DNA of 62,763 nt, filler included, from Basidiobolus ranarum (taxonomy: Eukaryota): the NCBI GenBank assembly GCA_040143965.1. It is 31 parts of 31 records of this genome, joined end to end, with 100 filler letters (N's around TTAATTAATTAA, not from the genome) between each part and the next. Parts side by side here need not be neighbours in the genome. Positions count along the whole stretch, not along the records: positions 36,566 to 38,490 come from JASJQH010004073.1; positions 38,591 to 40,515 come from JASJQH010004074.1; positions 40,616 to 42,540 come from JASJQH010004075.1; positions 42,641 to 44,564 come from JASJQH010004076.1; positions 44,665 to 46,588 come from JASJQH010004077.1; positions 46,689 to 48,611 come from JASJQH010004078.1; positions 48,712 to 50,634 come from JASJQH010004079.1; positions 50,735 to 52,657 come from JASJQH010004080.1; 23 more parts are not named here. One strand, written 5' to 3'. The notes beneath the pieces are model-generated. The model ran no database searches. It was not told where the DNA came from and saw only the letters and a program-made list of their open reading frames with translations. The translations under genes and the position numbers were made by a program. Below are positions 38,328 to 50,934 of the stretch, piece after piece (within the stretch, counting starts at the first letter, position 1; each line of letters begins with the position of its first letter).

Positions 38328-38590
38328 GTTCGTTCAACAAATTAGATGCAAATAGTTTTTAAAACATACATCGTAGATGCAAATGCCTATCGGTTTTATA
38401 ACAGCCATCTGATATACAATGTCGTCAGGTGTCAGGAGAAATAGGAGAATCACACATACGATAATCCAAATTCTCTGTCAGACTCCTATANNNNNNNNNN
38501 NNNNNNNNNNNNNNNNNNNNNNNNNNNNNNNNNNTTAATTAATTAANNNNNNNNNNNNNNNNNNNNNNNNNNNNNNNNNNNNNNNNNNNN

Positions 38591-40470
38591 CCTGCTGCAT
38601 CTATCACAATGCTTACAGATTATAGGCCCTTGCTATACATTCTGGGAGTTCCCAATAGAGCACACCTGTGGTGAAATGATGCTCTGTGTGAAATTGTCAG
38701 TATTACCATATGCTAATCTGACTAATAATCAGCAATGAATGTAATGCCATGGGTAAAAGATGCTCCAGAGTATATTAACCTTCCAATAAAGGGCTCTTTT
38801 CAAAGTGCTCACCGGTTTTCACATAGTTTGAGCACAATAACAGCAACAAAGCCTAATCCATGGACACAGAGTAAGTACATCTAAAATATGGACTTACTTG
38901 CATGTGTAGTAATCTGATGATATTTTCAGGAAAGCTGCAAGACAGACTTCTTGGTGAGATCAATGGAGATACACAGTATTATTGTTTTAGCCATGTGGTA
39001 ATCTATTCAAGAAATGACACATCTTCTTGAGGCAGGACATTTGTTGACTGCAAGTTGGGGATATATTGTTGGAATTCTTTACAGAAATTTGCCAAAATCC
39101 AAGAGCTTATTCTCATTGTGAATTTGAATCAGAGTCAGCTATTTGCCAAGTGTCAGTGCTACTCAAAATTTCAGATGTTTTGCAATTTTTTCACCATTAG
39201 TTAGCTGGAAAGCATACTGATGTTGTTGAGTTATGTCTGATTGATCAAGTTTGTGCATATGTAGAGACTAAACACAGCAAGATTCTTATATTCTTTCATT
39301 CTCATTATAACTGGAATACAAAGCCTAAAATATGTAAATAACGGCATCCTTATTAATTCAAATTCTTACAGTGGTAAGCCCAGTAATTTGCCAATCAAAA
39401 ATTATATTTTGCAAAAATTGCTGGTAATTAATAACACATGCCCATTATGAGGATCAATATTTAAATATGTGTGAATACCATCAGAATACCTTCAAGAAAC
39501 CACCATCACACCATCAAAATCCCTGGCAGAATGCAAGCCACCAATATTGTGACAGTTTTCAGACAGTTTTCAACTTAGAAGGGTGGATCTGATCTGGATC
39601 AAATCATTTCTATTTTTGTTATGGGATTAGCTACAATCTCAGAAAACTATGGATCAGCACATGTGTTAAACAAGTAACTCAAATCTTACACACTTACCAC
39701 TTGCATGCTCATTTGATGCCTTCAAAATACCTAGTTTCTGTGATATATTCTCTTGAATATTCATATAGAATTCTTCATACCCAAGATTTTGCTCATACCC
39801 AACATGAGTTTGTATCAATATCTCCTTCAAAGCCCATCATTGTATTAACGTTGCTGAATCAACATTCTTCCAGCTATCTGGCGGATACCCTGCGATATTG
39901 TGCCACTGTGTATTAAGTTCTTTTCACATATATGCAGGTTCAACACTAGGCTGCATGTCAAGTTGACTGTTCTTCCTTTGAAGCCACTTTCTGCACATTT
40001 GCATTGAGTTTTTCTCTTAATACTTTTAAAAATACTCTTTAAGCACTAGGTCTATTTATAAATGGCCTTGTAGTGTGACACTAATAAGTGTGCACTGCAG
40101 TGTTTGTCTGGCTTTATGCTTGCCTTTAAGGTTGCGGCTAAATTCAACTGTTTGAAAAGTACTAATTGAGGTTGGAGAGCCATGAGTTTTACTTGCTGGT
40201 GTTTTGGCTTGTTGAGAGATGGCAGGTTTTGGATAAGCTTTCAAATTTAGTACTCTTCCAACTGGTACACCTGGTTTCATGATGAGATTGAGCTTTTTAC
40301 CAGGATATCTGACTCTGGAAATGCAGATCTTTGTAATGGTGTGAAGAATTTGGTAAGTGGGACAGTAGGGCCTAAACTCCCTGGCTCCTTTGCTTTTCCC
40401 TTCAGCTTACTAACTTCCTGCTCCTTGAGTACTTCTTTAGCTGCTTTTTTTTCTTTTCCAAGTCTCTACA
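38591..40470 (+). mobile_element. EnSpm transposase 3' region and right end (~39624), abutting left arm/ORF2 of another copy
   Basis: Begins LLHLSQCLQIIGPCYTFWEFPIEHTCG; homologous to the other arms. Confidence 0.8.
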
Positions 40471-40687
40471 AGAAATTGGAGGATTGCTATTGTAGGGAAA
40501 TCATCATAATTTTAGNNNNNNNNNNNNNNNNNNNNNNNNNNNNNNNNNNNNNNNNNNNNTTAATTAATTAANNNNNNNNNNNNNNNNNNNNNNNNNNNNN
40601 NNNNNNNNNNNNNNNTTAATACAGGTAATAAAATTGATAATGTTAAACTATAAAAATTAAATCCCCATGATGTATACGATTTGACAG

Positions 40688-41135
40688 ACGGAATAAACGA
40701 CTCCCCGGCACTAACCCAGGCTGACGTTGGGTAAGCTATTAGTTAGTTGCCATTTGCACCTTACGTACTCTGACATGATTCAAATTTCGTAGAATTGCTA
40801 TTGGAAGTGGAACTGATATTGCCATGGACAGCGCTGATGTCATTCTCCTTCGCTCTCAACTACAGGATCTGCTTACACTACTCACCTTGTCACGAGTAGT
40901 TATCAACCGTATACGAATTAATATTTTCTTAGCCATTGTGTTCAATATTCTCGCAGTCCCCATAGCTGGAGGTTTACTATTTCCTTGGGTCAAATTTAGA
41001 TTGCCACCAGTGCTCGCTATATTGCTTCTATGTATCTCAACTCTAAGTGTGGTGATATCAAGCGTATTATTGAAGCTTTTCAAGCCGCCAAAGATTACTT
41101 TGGAGCTGGACCAGAAAGTGGTCACCAAGAAATAA
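40688..41135 (+). CDS. P1B heavy-metal P-type ATPase (CCC2/ATP7-like), last exons
   Basis: DGINDSPALTQADVG, intron 40731-40792, IAIGSGTDIAMDSADVIL, RIRINIFLAIVFNILAVPIAGG, SVVISSVLLK. Confidence 0.9.
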
Positions 41136-41623
41136 TATCCCAGCCATAGACATGACAGAGATCGATTATCTGACAATCCCCATACTTGTAAATGTATATA
41201 TTGAAATACTTTTCAATGAGATAATCATAAATTAAATCCTCTAAATCGATGTTCCCTGTACTATAACACATTATAAAATAAACATAACCTTCCTCAAATC
41301 CTTTCCTCTGCAGACCGTAACAAATATTCTTTTTGGGGTTAAATCACATCAATAACACCTTAAATTCAGAATTCCCTTGTTATATAATTAGCCTAAAAAT
41401 TCTCGTATAATCAACTCGAAATCACATGCCTGCCTTGAAGTAAATCCTATTTCCCCAAATTATGTTCGTTCGAAATCATCTGCATCTTATTTAATATATA
41501 CTTGATATTGTATCTGTACTATATTTTTTTTAGTTGGGGGAATTTGATAATCCAAGCTTAAGGTCCAATACTGAGGTCGAACAGCAGATACCTCGTTACT
41601 ACTTTCTTTGTAGCTTACTAGAG

Positions 41624-42540
41624 ATGTTTCGTTTGACTAATAAGGTGGATTTCCATTATAACATGACTTGGCCTGATTATAAAGAAAATATTATATTAAC
41701 ATAGATATTTGATCTCGATTTAGATCGCCCCCTCTCTTTTGATGGTAAGCTCCGTCGTAGCTGCCTCTAGACCTGTTGGCATTGCCCATTGTGAAGCTCA
41801 GGAGGAAAAAAGCAAGGGTGCGAAGGTAGATATTACTACTTGGAGCTTTATTAAGTGTTCTAAACGGACTCACCTGTTGTGATATTATTCGGATTATCTT
41901 TTTGTAGTTAGGAATCTATGATGAGCCACAAGAGCATGTTCTGATTGTTGAAGAGCCCACTAAGTTAGAGGAAGCAGTTCGTGACTTCAGAGTTGTAGCA
42001 ACCAAGTATTTACAAGACGCTCAGGTGAGTATTTTACTTCCATATAGAGAGTGAAAATCATTGATATATCGTTTAATTATGACTAGGCTCGCACTCAAGA
42101 ATTCCTTAACCAGTGTTATGAGACTGAAAAGCAAATTGAAAGTGAGTTTTATCCCACTTGAGTTATTATACTGTCCTCTCAATACTGACTGGAAGTTTTC
42201 GAACAGAAAACGTCTCTCAGGTGATTCCTAAACATGAAAGATTGATGCCTGGTTCCTTGTACGTTCTTGTTGCTGGATTAGCTGGGTCAATTGCTTCACG
42301 CAACAGTAAATATTGTCTAAATTTTCGATTGTCATGACCAAGCTGTTTCTTATCGAACATGTTTCCTCCGTTATTTAGAATACTTTATCCTTCGCACTAT
42401 ATACCCACTTACTTTTGCCGCTGCTTCCTCCTTCTACTTCTTGCCTGAAACATCACAATCTGTTTTCTCTACTCTTCGTCGTAAGATAGAGGATCATCCT
42501 GTTGCTCAAGAGCAAATCAAGGTAGCTAAGGAACAGATGC
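41624..42540 (+). CDS. MICOS subunit Mic26/Mic27 (apolipoprotein O family), multi-exon, 3' truncated
   Basis: Spliced KLGIYDEP, EEPTKLEEAVR, ERLMPGSLYVLVAGLAGSIASRN, YFLPETS; GT-AG introns; presequence-like start MFRLTNK. Confidence 0.78.
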
Positions 42541-43021
42541 NNNNNNNNNNNNNNNNNNNNNNNNNNNNNNNNNNNNNNNNNNNNTTAATTAATTAANNNN
42601 NNNNNNNNNNNNNNNNNNNNNNNNNNNNNNNNNNNNNNNNAGACTAGGGCTTAAAAAGCTTTTTCATGTTGACATTGTGCTCATGATTAGTTTTACGAAC
42701 TTGACATTTGATGAATTACCACAATTGGAAATTTCAATTTCATTGCATGTCATTCAAGCCGCTCATCTTTGAAATGTGGGAAACTTATAGTTGCATTGGA
42801 GCAAATGGTGCATGAATAAACCTTGCTATTTCCAAGTATCTCAAAACTTTATCGATAGTTACTGAATCTTAGTTTCTGATGATGAAATCAACTATACATT
42901 GAATTCATGTGTGTTAACACCCGTGAGTCATTAAGTTATAATCAAAATCGCATATATACACACTGTAAGAAGAATTGGCTGAGTATTTCTATAACTCACA
43001 CTTCGTTGATTATTCTTACCA

Positions 43022-43819
43022 ATGTCTTCCACTAAATATGTCAATGCGGATATCAAGTCTGATGGATACGCCGTTATCACCATTCAACGTGAGCCCGTTA
43101 ACTCCATGAATATGGATGTTTGGATACAGCTTTTATCCACCCTTGATGAATTGGAAAGTAACCCCAAAGTTCGTGGTATTATCTTTCATTCTGGTCTTAG
43201 TCGACCAATCTTCACAGCTGGAAACGATTTGTTTGAACTCTATGCTCCTAAAACTTCCAAAGAACGTTATACTCAGTTTTGGAAGGTTTCTAATCAATTC
43301 TTAGCAAGACTCTATCGCTCAAAACTTGTTACCATCTCTGCCATTAGAGGCGCTTGTCCAGCAGGTGGCTGTTGTTTATCCATGTGTTGTGACTATCGTG
43401 TTATGTCAGAAGACGGTTATATTGGCTTAAACGAAGTTGCTTTGGGTATTTCTGTTCCCAGCATTTGGATCAAGCTCATGTCCTCCATCATAGGTCAAGG
43501 AAAAGCTGACAAGATCCTTCAATTTGCCGTTCTATTGAACACCAAACAAGCCAAAGAAATAGGTCTTATAGACGAAGTTGTGAAGGACCAAGAAAAAGTG
43601 CTATCCAAGTCTGAAGAAATCATGAAACAATTGTTGCAAACTCCAGACGCCGGTAGACAGATCACCAAAGGTTGCTTACGTGAAGAATTTGCTAGTATTT
43701 GGGGAGATGATGAAAGATTGAACAAGGAAGCGGCGCAAGGTTTCGAGTTAATTTCTCGACCAAGCACTATTAAAGCTTTAGATGGAGTGTTCGCGCGCTT
43801 GCAAAAATCCAAGATTTAA
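43022..43819 (+). CDS. Enoyl-CoA delta isomerase (crotonase family), C-terminal SKI
   Basis: PVNSMN, IFTAGNDL, AIRGACPAGGCCLSMCCDYRVM, IGLNEVALGI, GLIDEVV; complete 265-aa intronless ORF. Confidence 0.92.
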   Translation: MSSTKYVNADIKSDGYAVITIQREPVNSMNMDVWIQLLSTLDELESNPKVRGIIFHSGLSRPIFTAGNDLFELYAPKTSKERYTQFWKVSNQFLARLYRSKLVTISAIRGACPAGGCCLSMCCDYRVMSEDGYIGLNEVALGISVPSIWIKLMSSIIGQGKADKILQFAVLLNTKQAKEIGLIDEVVKDQEKVLSKSEEIMKQLLQTPDAGRQITKGCLREEFASIWGDDERLNKEAAQGFELISRPSTIKALDGVFARLQKSKI

Positions 43820-44959
43820 CTTGAGAATTTAACGTTCAAAATCGGATTTTCTCCCATACTACCTCACTATGTTTACCTGTAATAGTAGGGCAGATTTTAT
43901 GTAATAAATATTAGTGTTATCTATGATATCCAAGGTAGTTCTAGGTTTCAATATTTAGTGTTATATATCAAGGTAGATGTTCATATCCACCGCTTCTCTT
44001 ACCGAAGTATATGTATGTAGTTAATGCAAATATATTCAACATATACTACCGCCCGGATACATGATGAGCCTCACTTGTCATCATGGTAATGATAGATTAC
44101 TTTTCGCTAATAAATTAAGCTATTCTCACCGTTACAGTTGACATCAACGGGCGATTTACTGCCGAGATATCCATTGATAATAGCGATCCTATTACAGCCC
44201 GATATTTGCTAAGACATGTATCAAAGCTTTATGTATATGGCAAGTGTTTAGTAAGAAAATACATTCAGAGGCAATATTAAATTTGTCATATTAAACATTG
44301 TTTCTGGCACTTTTTGGGGTTCATTTCATATGGTTATTTATACCCTTAAGTGATCTATTTTTCTATTATTTCGTCACAGAGATTACTCCAATAATTCTAT
44401 ATGGACTGAGATTTATAAAGCAATATAACTACTTATCATTGGCTGTGTTTAGTTAACTGAGACAGTTGGGGGGGGGGGTCGGGAGATGGCTTTGATTCAC
44501 CATTATTAATACAATGCTTTAAGAAATTGGCAAGTTTGATACATTTATTGTATAATTGGGAAAANNNNNNNNNNNNNNNNNNNNNNNNNNNNNNNNNNNN
44601 NNNNNNNNTTAATTAATTAANNNNNNNNNNNNNNNNNNNNNNNNNNNNNNNNNNNNNNNNNNNNGTGTTAGTTTTCTGTATTTCCACCAAAATGTATAAA
44701 TGCTTCATTGCTGGATAAGCAATACTTATTTCACAAAAGCTATTCACAGCTCCACTTTTCTGAAGTTCCTCCAAACAGCCCATATTTTCCAAATAGTTGG
44801 AACATGGCAAGATATTTCCTATTCTGTGGGAGTTATGTGCCAATATCTTCAAAATTATGGATGTGATCAAATCATAGCAGTCAAGTGGATTTCAAGATAT
44901 TTGAAAGGCACTGTGGTCTTCAGATTAAAGTTTGCAGATTTCTTAATGGAATGTGCTTG

Positions 44960-46588
44960 AACTAGGCTGAGAAAGGGCAGTTGCAATAATTTGAAGTTGG
45001 TGAGGCTTCAGTAAGGAAGTATTTTGTTGGCCAATGGCTTCATCCCCTTCTTTAGGCTGATATTTGGCTCTATGTGATAAGGCATCAGGCTTTCCTTGCT
45101 GGCTACCTTGTCAAAATGTAATCACAAAATCAAAACTGGCAAGAAATAATGACCATCTTGCTTGATGATGGTTGAGAACTTTGGTTGTACTAAAATACTG
45201 AAGAACCTTGTGATCACAATAAACTGTGATTTTGTGATTTGCTCCATCCAAGTTTTGTCTCCATTGTTTAAATGCAGCAATTATTGTTAATAGTTCCTTG
45301 TCATAGATGTCATAGTTGCTTTCTGTGGCAGAGAACTTTCTTGAATAAAAGGTGACAGGGTGCAGTAAGTCATCATCATCTAACTGTGATAGTACTGCTC
45401 CTAGAACAAAGTTGGATGCATCAGTTTCAACAATAAATGGCTTGTTCAGCTTGGGATGTGCCAGGATTAGGGCTGATGTAAAAGCACTCTTTAAGGTTAC
45501 AATTGCTTGTTGGCAAGATGGGTTCCAGTCAAATGGCAGTTCTTTCTTTGTATGGTTTGTTAATGGAGTGGATATTTTGGAGTAGTTCTTGACAAACTGT
45601 TGGTAAAAGTTTGCAAATCCAAGGAAAGATTGCACATTCTTCACATTCTTGGTAATGTCCCAAGAAAGAACAGATTCAACCTTCTTAGGGTCCATGGAGA
45701 TGCCTGATGGGCTGATGTTATACCCAAGGAATTCAACTTGAGCTTTATCAAATTCACATTTCTCAAGTTTAGCATAAAGCCCAGAGGTTTTCAACTTTTC
45801 TAGAAATTGGGAAACATAAATATTATGTTCTTCTTGAGAGCCTGAGAAGACCAAGATATCATCAAGGTAGATTATCACAAATTGGTCAAGATACTCTGTA
45901 AAGATATCATTCATCATGTGTTAAAAGACTGCAAGGGCATTGGTAAGTCCAAATGGCATGATATTGTATTTAAAGTGTTCATAGCAAGTTTGAAAGGTAG
46001 TTTTCCATTGGTCTCCTGGTTTGATTCTTACAAGATTGTAAGCACTTCTTAGATTAATCTTTGTAAATACCTGGGCTGAAGCAAGCTGATATAAGGGTGA
46101 GTTCCTCACTGGCAAGGGGTTCCGATTTTTACCGATTTTTGACTGTAATGCTATTTAGGCCTTGATAATGGACTTGTTCCATTGTGCCAAGATTTATTGG
46201 ACCTTGGATCAATATATTAGTGTAAATGTGACTGAAATTGATCATGCCAGAGGGTGATGGATAGTGCCAAATTGTGCCGCATAAATTTTAGAATACTTCA
46301 TTCAATATGATATATAGAGCACAATCTGGCACTAACACAGAGAACTAGTCCAATCAACACAGAGATGAAGGGATCCATCCTTTTTCTTAACAAATAAGAT
46401 TGGAGAGCTTACAAGGGACTTTGAATGTTGAATAAATGCTTTCTCCAGATTTTCTGCAATGTACTCTTTCAGAATGTTAAGTTCTGGCTGGGTCAGCCCT
46501 TATATAGGCCCCAATGGTGGTTGTTTTGCTTTTTGTAGATATATAGGGCTATCATATGGGTGGTGAGCTGGGATTCTATCAGGTTTCT
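44960..46588 (-). mobile_element. Decayed Ty3/gypsy RT-RNase H
   Basis: YLDDILVFS, QSFLGFANFY, VETDASNFVLGAVLSQ, NYDIYDKELL, YCDHK. Confidence 0.93.
46170..46351. mobile_element. 182-bp MITE, second copy, TSD AAT
   Basis: GGACTTGTTC...GAACTAGTCC; the empty site is visible in the paralogous RT at ~31221-31240. Confidence 0.88.
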
Positions 46589-46688
46589 NNNNNNNNNNNN
46601 NNNNNNNNNNNNNNNNNNNNNNNNNNNNNNNNTTAATTAATTAANNNNNNNNNNNNNNNNNNNNNNNNNNNNNNNNNNNNNNNNNNNN

Positions 46689-48611
46689 GTGTTTAGTCTC
46701 TACATATGCACATAATTGACTGATTAGACATAACTCAACAACATCAATATGCTTAACCAGCAAACTGAAAGTGGAAAAATTGCTAAGCACCTGAAATTTT
46801 GAAAAGCACTCACACTTGGCAAATAGCTGACTCTTGTTACCATTCACAATGAGAATAAGCTCTGGATTCTGGCAAATTTCCATAAAGACTTCAGCCAATA
46901 TGTCCCAACTTGCAGTCAACAAATGTCCTGCCACAAGTAGATGTTATTGGGAAAATATGGGCTGTTTGGAGGAACTTTAGAACAGTGGAGTTGTGAATAG
47001 CTTGGTGAGATGATTAATTACTATCCAGAAATAAAGCATTTACACATTTTGATGGAAATACAGAAAACTAACACTAGGGTTATGTTCAGAATATCTGTGG
47101 GAGTAAAATGAGCTATATTTGAGGCAATTTGGACAAGTTTGAAATATCCAACTTGAAATTGCTAATTCTCAAATTATTGACACATATATATAATATATGT
47201 TCCAATTTTCAGCTAAGTGATATTTAACTAAGTAATGTGAACTAACTTTTATGTGATATATGAAATAGTTAAGTGTATAAAGATAGAGATAATAAATATG
47301 GTAAAGACAATAAACTTCAACAGATGTGTCATTGCTTGAATAGATTACCCCATGGCTATAGCAATACTACTGCATATCTTAATCTATCTCACCTAGAAGT
47401 CTGTCTTGCATCTATCCTAAAAATACCAACATATTGCTACAAATACAAATTAGTCCTAATTATAGAGGTGCTTACTCTGTGTCCATGGATTGGGCTTTGT
47501 TTCTGTTATTGTGCTCAAACAATGCAAAAACCCATGAGCATGTTGAAAAGCGCCCTTTGTTGGAAGATTAACATATTCTGGAGTCTCCTTAACCCATTTC
47601 ATTACATCCATCACTGATTTAGCTGATACAATGTTAATCAGATTAGCATATGGTAATACAGACAATTTCACATGGAGCATCATTTTACCACAGGTGCACT
47701 CCATTGGGAACTACCCAAATGTTTAGCAAGTGCCTATAATCTCCAAGCATTGTGAAAGATGCAGCGGGGAAAGTATTGAATACCAGCATAGATTCAGTCT
47801 ATCCTCTTCATACCTGTAATTAAGTTTTTCATATCCAATTGCAAAATCTTTGAACAATTGCTGTCTCTGGTCTAAATCTACCAATGTGATTTCATGCTGT
47901 GAGAATGTATGAAGAATAGTGACAAACAACTCCCAATGTTGCCAATACTCATTAGGCAGAAATCTTTTCAAAATTCCACTTGAATATATACAAATCCAAT
48001 ACTTCCAGTCTTTGCATTTGAATAAATGCTAAGATGAGTGGATATTGATAGGAGTCCCACCAAAATATGATAGTATCTTGCCATTTTCAAGCATTTTCCC
48101 AATTGATTCGAACTTCGATTCTTTTGCAAATGGCTCATTCATATTGAATCTTCCACTATATAGCTGAGTAAGTAGTATCAGAACATTGTTGAATAGTAAG
48201 TGCATAGTGCCTAATGGGAAGCTCTGGCTCCAGCTAATCCCCTTTAGCAATATAATCTTAGGCTTATGGCTAATGCCAAGTTTGATGTTATAATAATTAT
48301 TTGGTGAGTTGATATTAGTGATCATGTTGAAATCTGACCAGGCTCTTGATGGTAAAATCATGGAGTTTAGTATTGTATTTGGATAGCAGTAATGTGTATG
48401 CCTGATAGAGTAAACTTCATTGATTTAACAAAATCTTACAGCAAAATAGTTCATTGTGCCCACAAAAACCTCCAAGTTTGCCGATGGCAGGAGTGTCACT
48501 AATACATACAATGATATTAGCTTTAATAAAATATTCACCCATCTGAACCCCATTAAATAACCATTCAAATTCCGCAATCAAAGGCTCCAAGAAGCTATCT
48601 ATAAGCACTGG
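46689..48611 (-). pseudogene. CMC/EnSpm (Transposase_21-type) transposase, decayed
   Basis: SDTPAIGKLGGFCGHNELFCC, SFPLGTMHLLFNN, YEKLNYRYEEDRL, LHLSQCLEIIG, FPMECTCG. Confidence 0.88.
46945..47322 (-). mobile_element. Solo LTR (TGTTG...CAATA family), 378 bp, TSD GATGT, inserted in EnSpm
   Basis: GATGT at 46940-46944 and 47323-47327; empty site seen at 51531-51550. Confidence 0.9.
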
Positions 48612-48711
48612 NNNNNNNNNNNNNNNNNNNNNNNNNNNNNNNNNNNNNNNNNNNNTTAATTAATTAANNNNNNNNNNNNNNNNNNNNNNNNNNNNNNNNN
48701 NNNNNNNNNNN

Positions 48712-50099
48712 GATACTGACAAATGACCCAAGGTATGGTGCCCAGAAACAGGCGGTAATGGAAGCACTAAAAGGAGAGGCTGATCAGTGCTGAAGAGTAC
48801 TGACCAATAACAAAAGGTATGGTACCAAGAAACATGCCGTATGGGAAGCGCTAAAAGGAGAGTTTTCGTAGTGCTAAAGACTGCCTACATATGACGATGG
48901 GAATGGTGCTAAGAAATACACCGTATGGGAAGCACTAAAAGGAGAGGTTACGCAGTGCTAAAAAATGCTGACAGCTGACGCAAGGTATGGTACCCAGAAA
49001 CAGGCGGTAATGGAAGCACTAAAAGGAGAGGCTGATCAGTGCTAAAGAGTACTGTCAAATAAAGAAATTGATGGGGCCAAGAAACACGCCATATGGGAAG
49101 CGCTAAAAGGAGAGTCTTGGTAGTGCTAAAGAGTGCCTACATATGATTATGGGAATGGTGCCAACTAATAAACGTTATGTGACACACTAAAAGGAGAGTC
49201 TACGTAGAGCTACAGAATACTGTGAAATGACGAAATGTATGGTGCCCGGAAACACACCATATGGGAAGCACTGAAAGAGGAGTATATGCAGAGCTAAAGA
49301 ATACTGTCAAATAACGCACCCCATATGGGAAGCGCTAAAAGTAGAGTCTTTGTAGTGCTAAAGACTGCCTATATATGACTATGGGAATGGTGCCAAGTAA
49401 CAAACGTTATGGGACACACTGAAAGGAGAGTCTACGTAGAGCTACAGAATACTGACAAATGACAAAATGTTTGGTGGCTAGAAACACACCATATGGGAAG
49501 CACTGAAAGGAGAGTATATGCAGAGCTAAAGAACACTGTGAAACAACGTAATGTATGGTGCTAAGAAACATGCTGTATGGGAGGCACTAAAAGGAGAGTC
49601 TATGTAGAGCTACAGAATACTGTCAAATAACAAAGGTATGGTGCCAAGAAACACCCTTTATGGGAATCATTAGAAGGAGAGTCTATGTAGAGCTACAGAA
49701 TACTGTCAAATAAGAAAATGCATGGTGCCAAGAAACACACCCTATGGGAAGCACTTCAAGGAGAGGCTATGCAGTGCTAAAGATTACTGTTAAATAACAA
49801 AAGGTATGGTGCCAAAAAACATGCCAAATGGGAAGTACTATCAGGAGAGTCTATGTAGAGCTAAAGAATACTGTGAAATGACAAAAGGTATGGTACCCAC
49901 AAATCAGGAGTATGGGAAATACTAAATGGAGAGGCTACTCAGTGCTAAAGATTACTGTCAAATAATGAAAGGTAAGGTGCCCAGAAACTGGCCATATGGG
50001 AGGCACTAAAAGGAGAGTCTTTGTAGTGCTAAAGACTGCCTAAGATGACTGTAGGAGTTGGGCCAAGTGACAAACTTTATGGGACATACTAAAAGGAAA
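48712..50099. repeat. 84-bp tandem array, ~16.5 diverged copies with partial 3-unit higher-order periodicity
   Basis: Core ATGGGAAGCACTAAAAGGAGAG recurs every ~84 nt (one shortened unit near 49320); consensus has stops in all frames. Confidence 0.95.
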
Positions 50100-50934
50100 G
50101 TCAAAATCTCTGTGATTGATGCACCTTAGCTCCAGTTTACAACAATGACAGTCTTCTCAGTTGATCTAGCACCAATTATTTGTGTGACAAAAAACTAACA
50201 CAAGTATTATTATTCTCAGGTACCTAATAATTATAGCAGGTTGAGTGAGCTAGTATTGTATTCACAAAGATTGGACTGCAGTTTATTGACAGAGATACTC
50301 CTTTGTTTATACTTAGACTGATAGATTAGTTGAGTCATGACTCACCCACTGATTACTATATCTGGATTTAGCTAAATCACAATGAGTTGCACAGTCCTTG
50401 GCTAAAATATCCTAGGCCAGCATAGTAATCAGCTGATATATTTGGGAGGCACAGTCAAGATGATCATGAAACCAACTAGCAAGGAAGGGATATGATCAAG
50501 TGACCTCCCAAGGAAAATGATCTTAAGACTATCATGTGACCTAGTACAACTAACATCTGGAACATCATATGAATGCTGATTAATACTTAGTGATATCTGA
50601 ATAACTGATGGTACTGATAATACTGATCTGGGGANNNNNNNNNNNNNNNNNNNNNNNNNNNNNNNNNNNNNNNNNNNNTTAATTAATTAANNNNNNNNNN
50701 NNNNNNNNNNNNNNNNNNNNNNNNNNNNNNNNNNAATCAAATCTAACTTGACGATTTTATGACAGTAAGTAAACGGTCAATCCCAAATGGATTAAAATTG
50801 TGACGGTTTTCCTATGATAACAATCCTCAAATTTCTGTTAGGGTATTGATAATAGATTTGTTGTAAATGATGGGATATATAAGACATCTTCCAAGGTTAC
50901 CACTTACTTTTGGTTTTACTTATTTGTAAGTTGA

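Noticed and set aside
37002-43819. Functional gene cluster (RGS receptor, metal ATPase, MICOS, isomerase)
   Set aside because: The genes lie on separate contigs ordered only by length; only the ATPase and the Mic26-like gene are truly adjacent.
48712-50099. CRISPR array or repeat-protein gene
   Set aside because: Whole units are homologous with no unique spacers, no cas genes are present, and the consensus has stops in all six frames.
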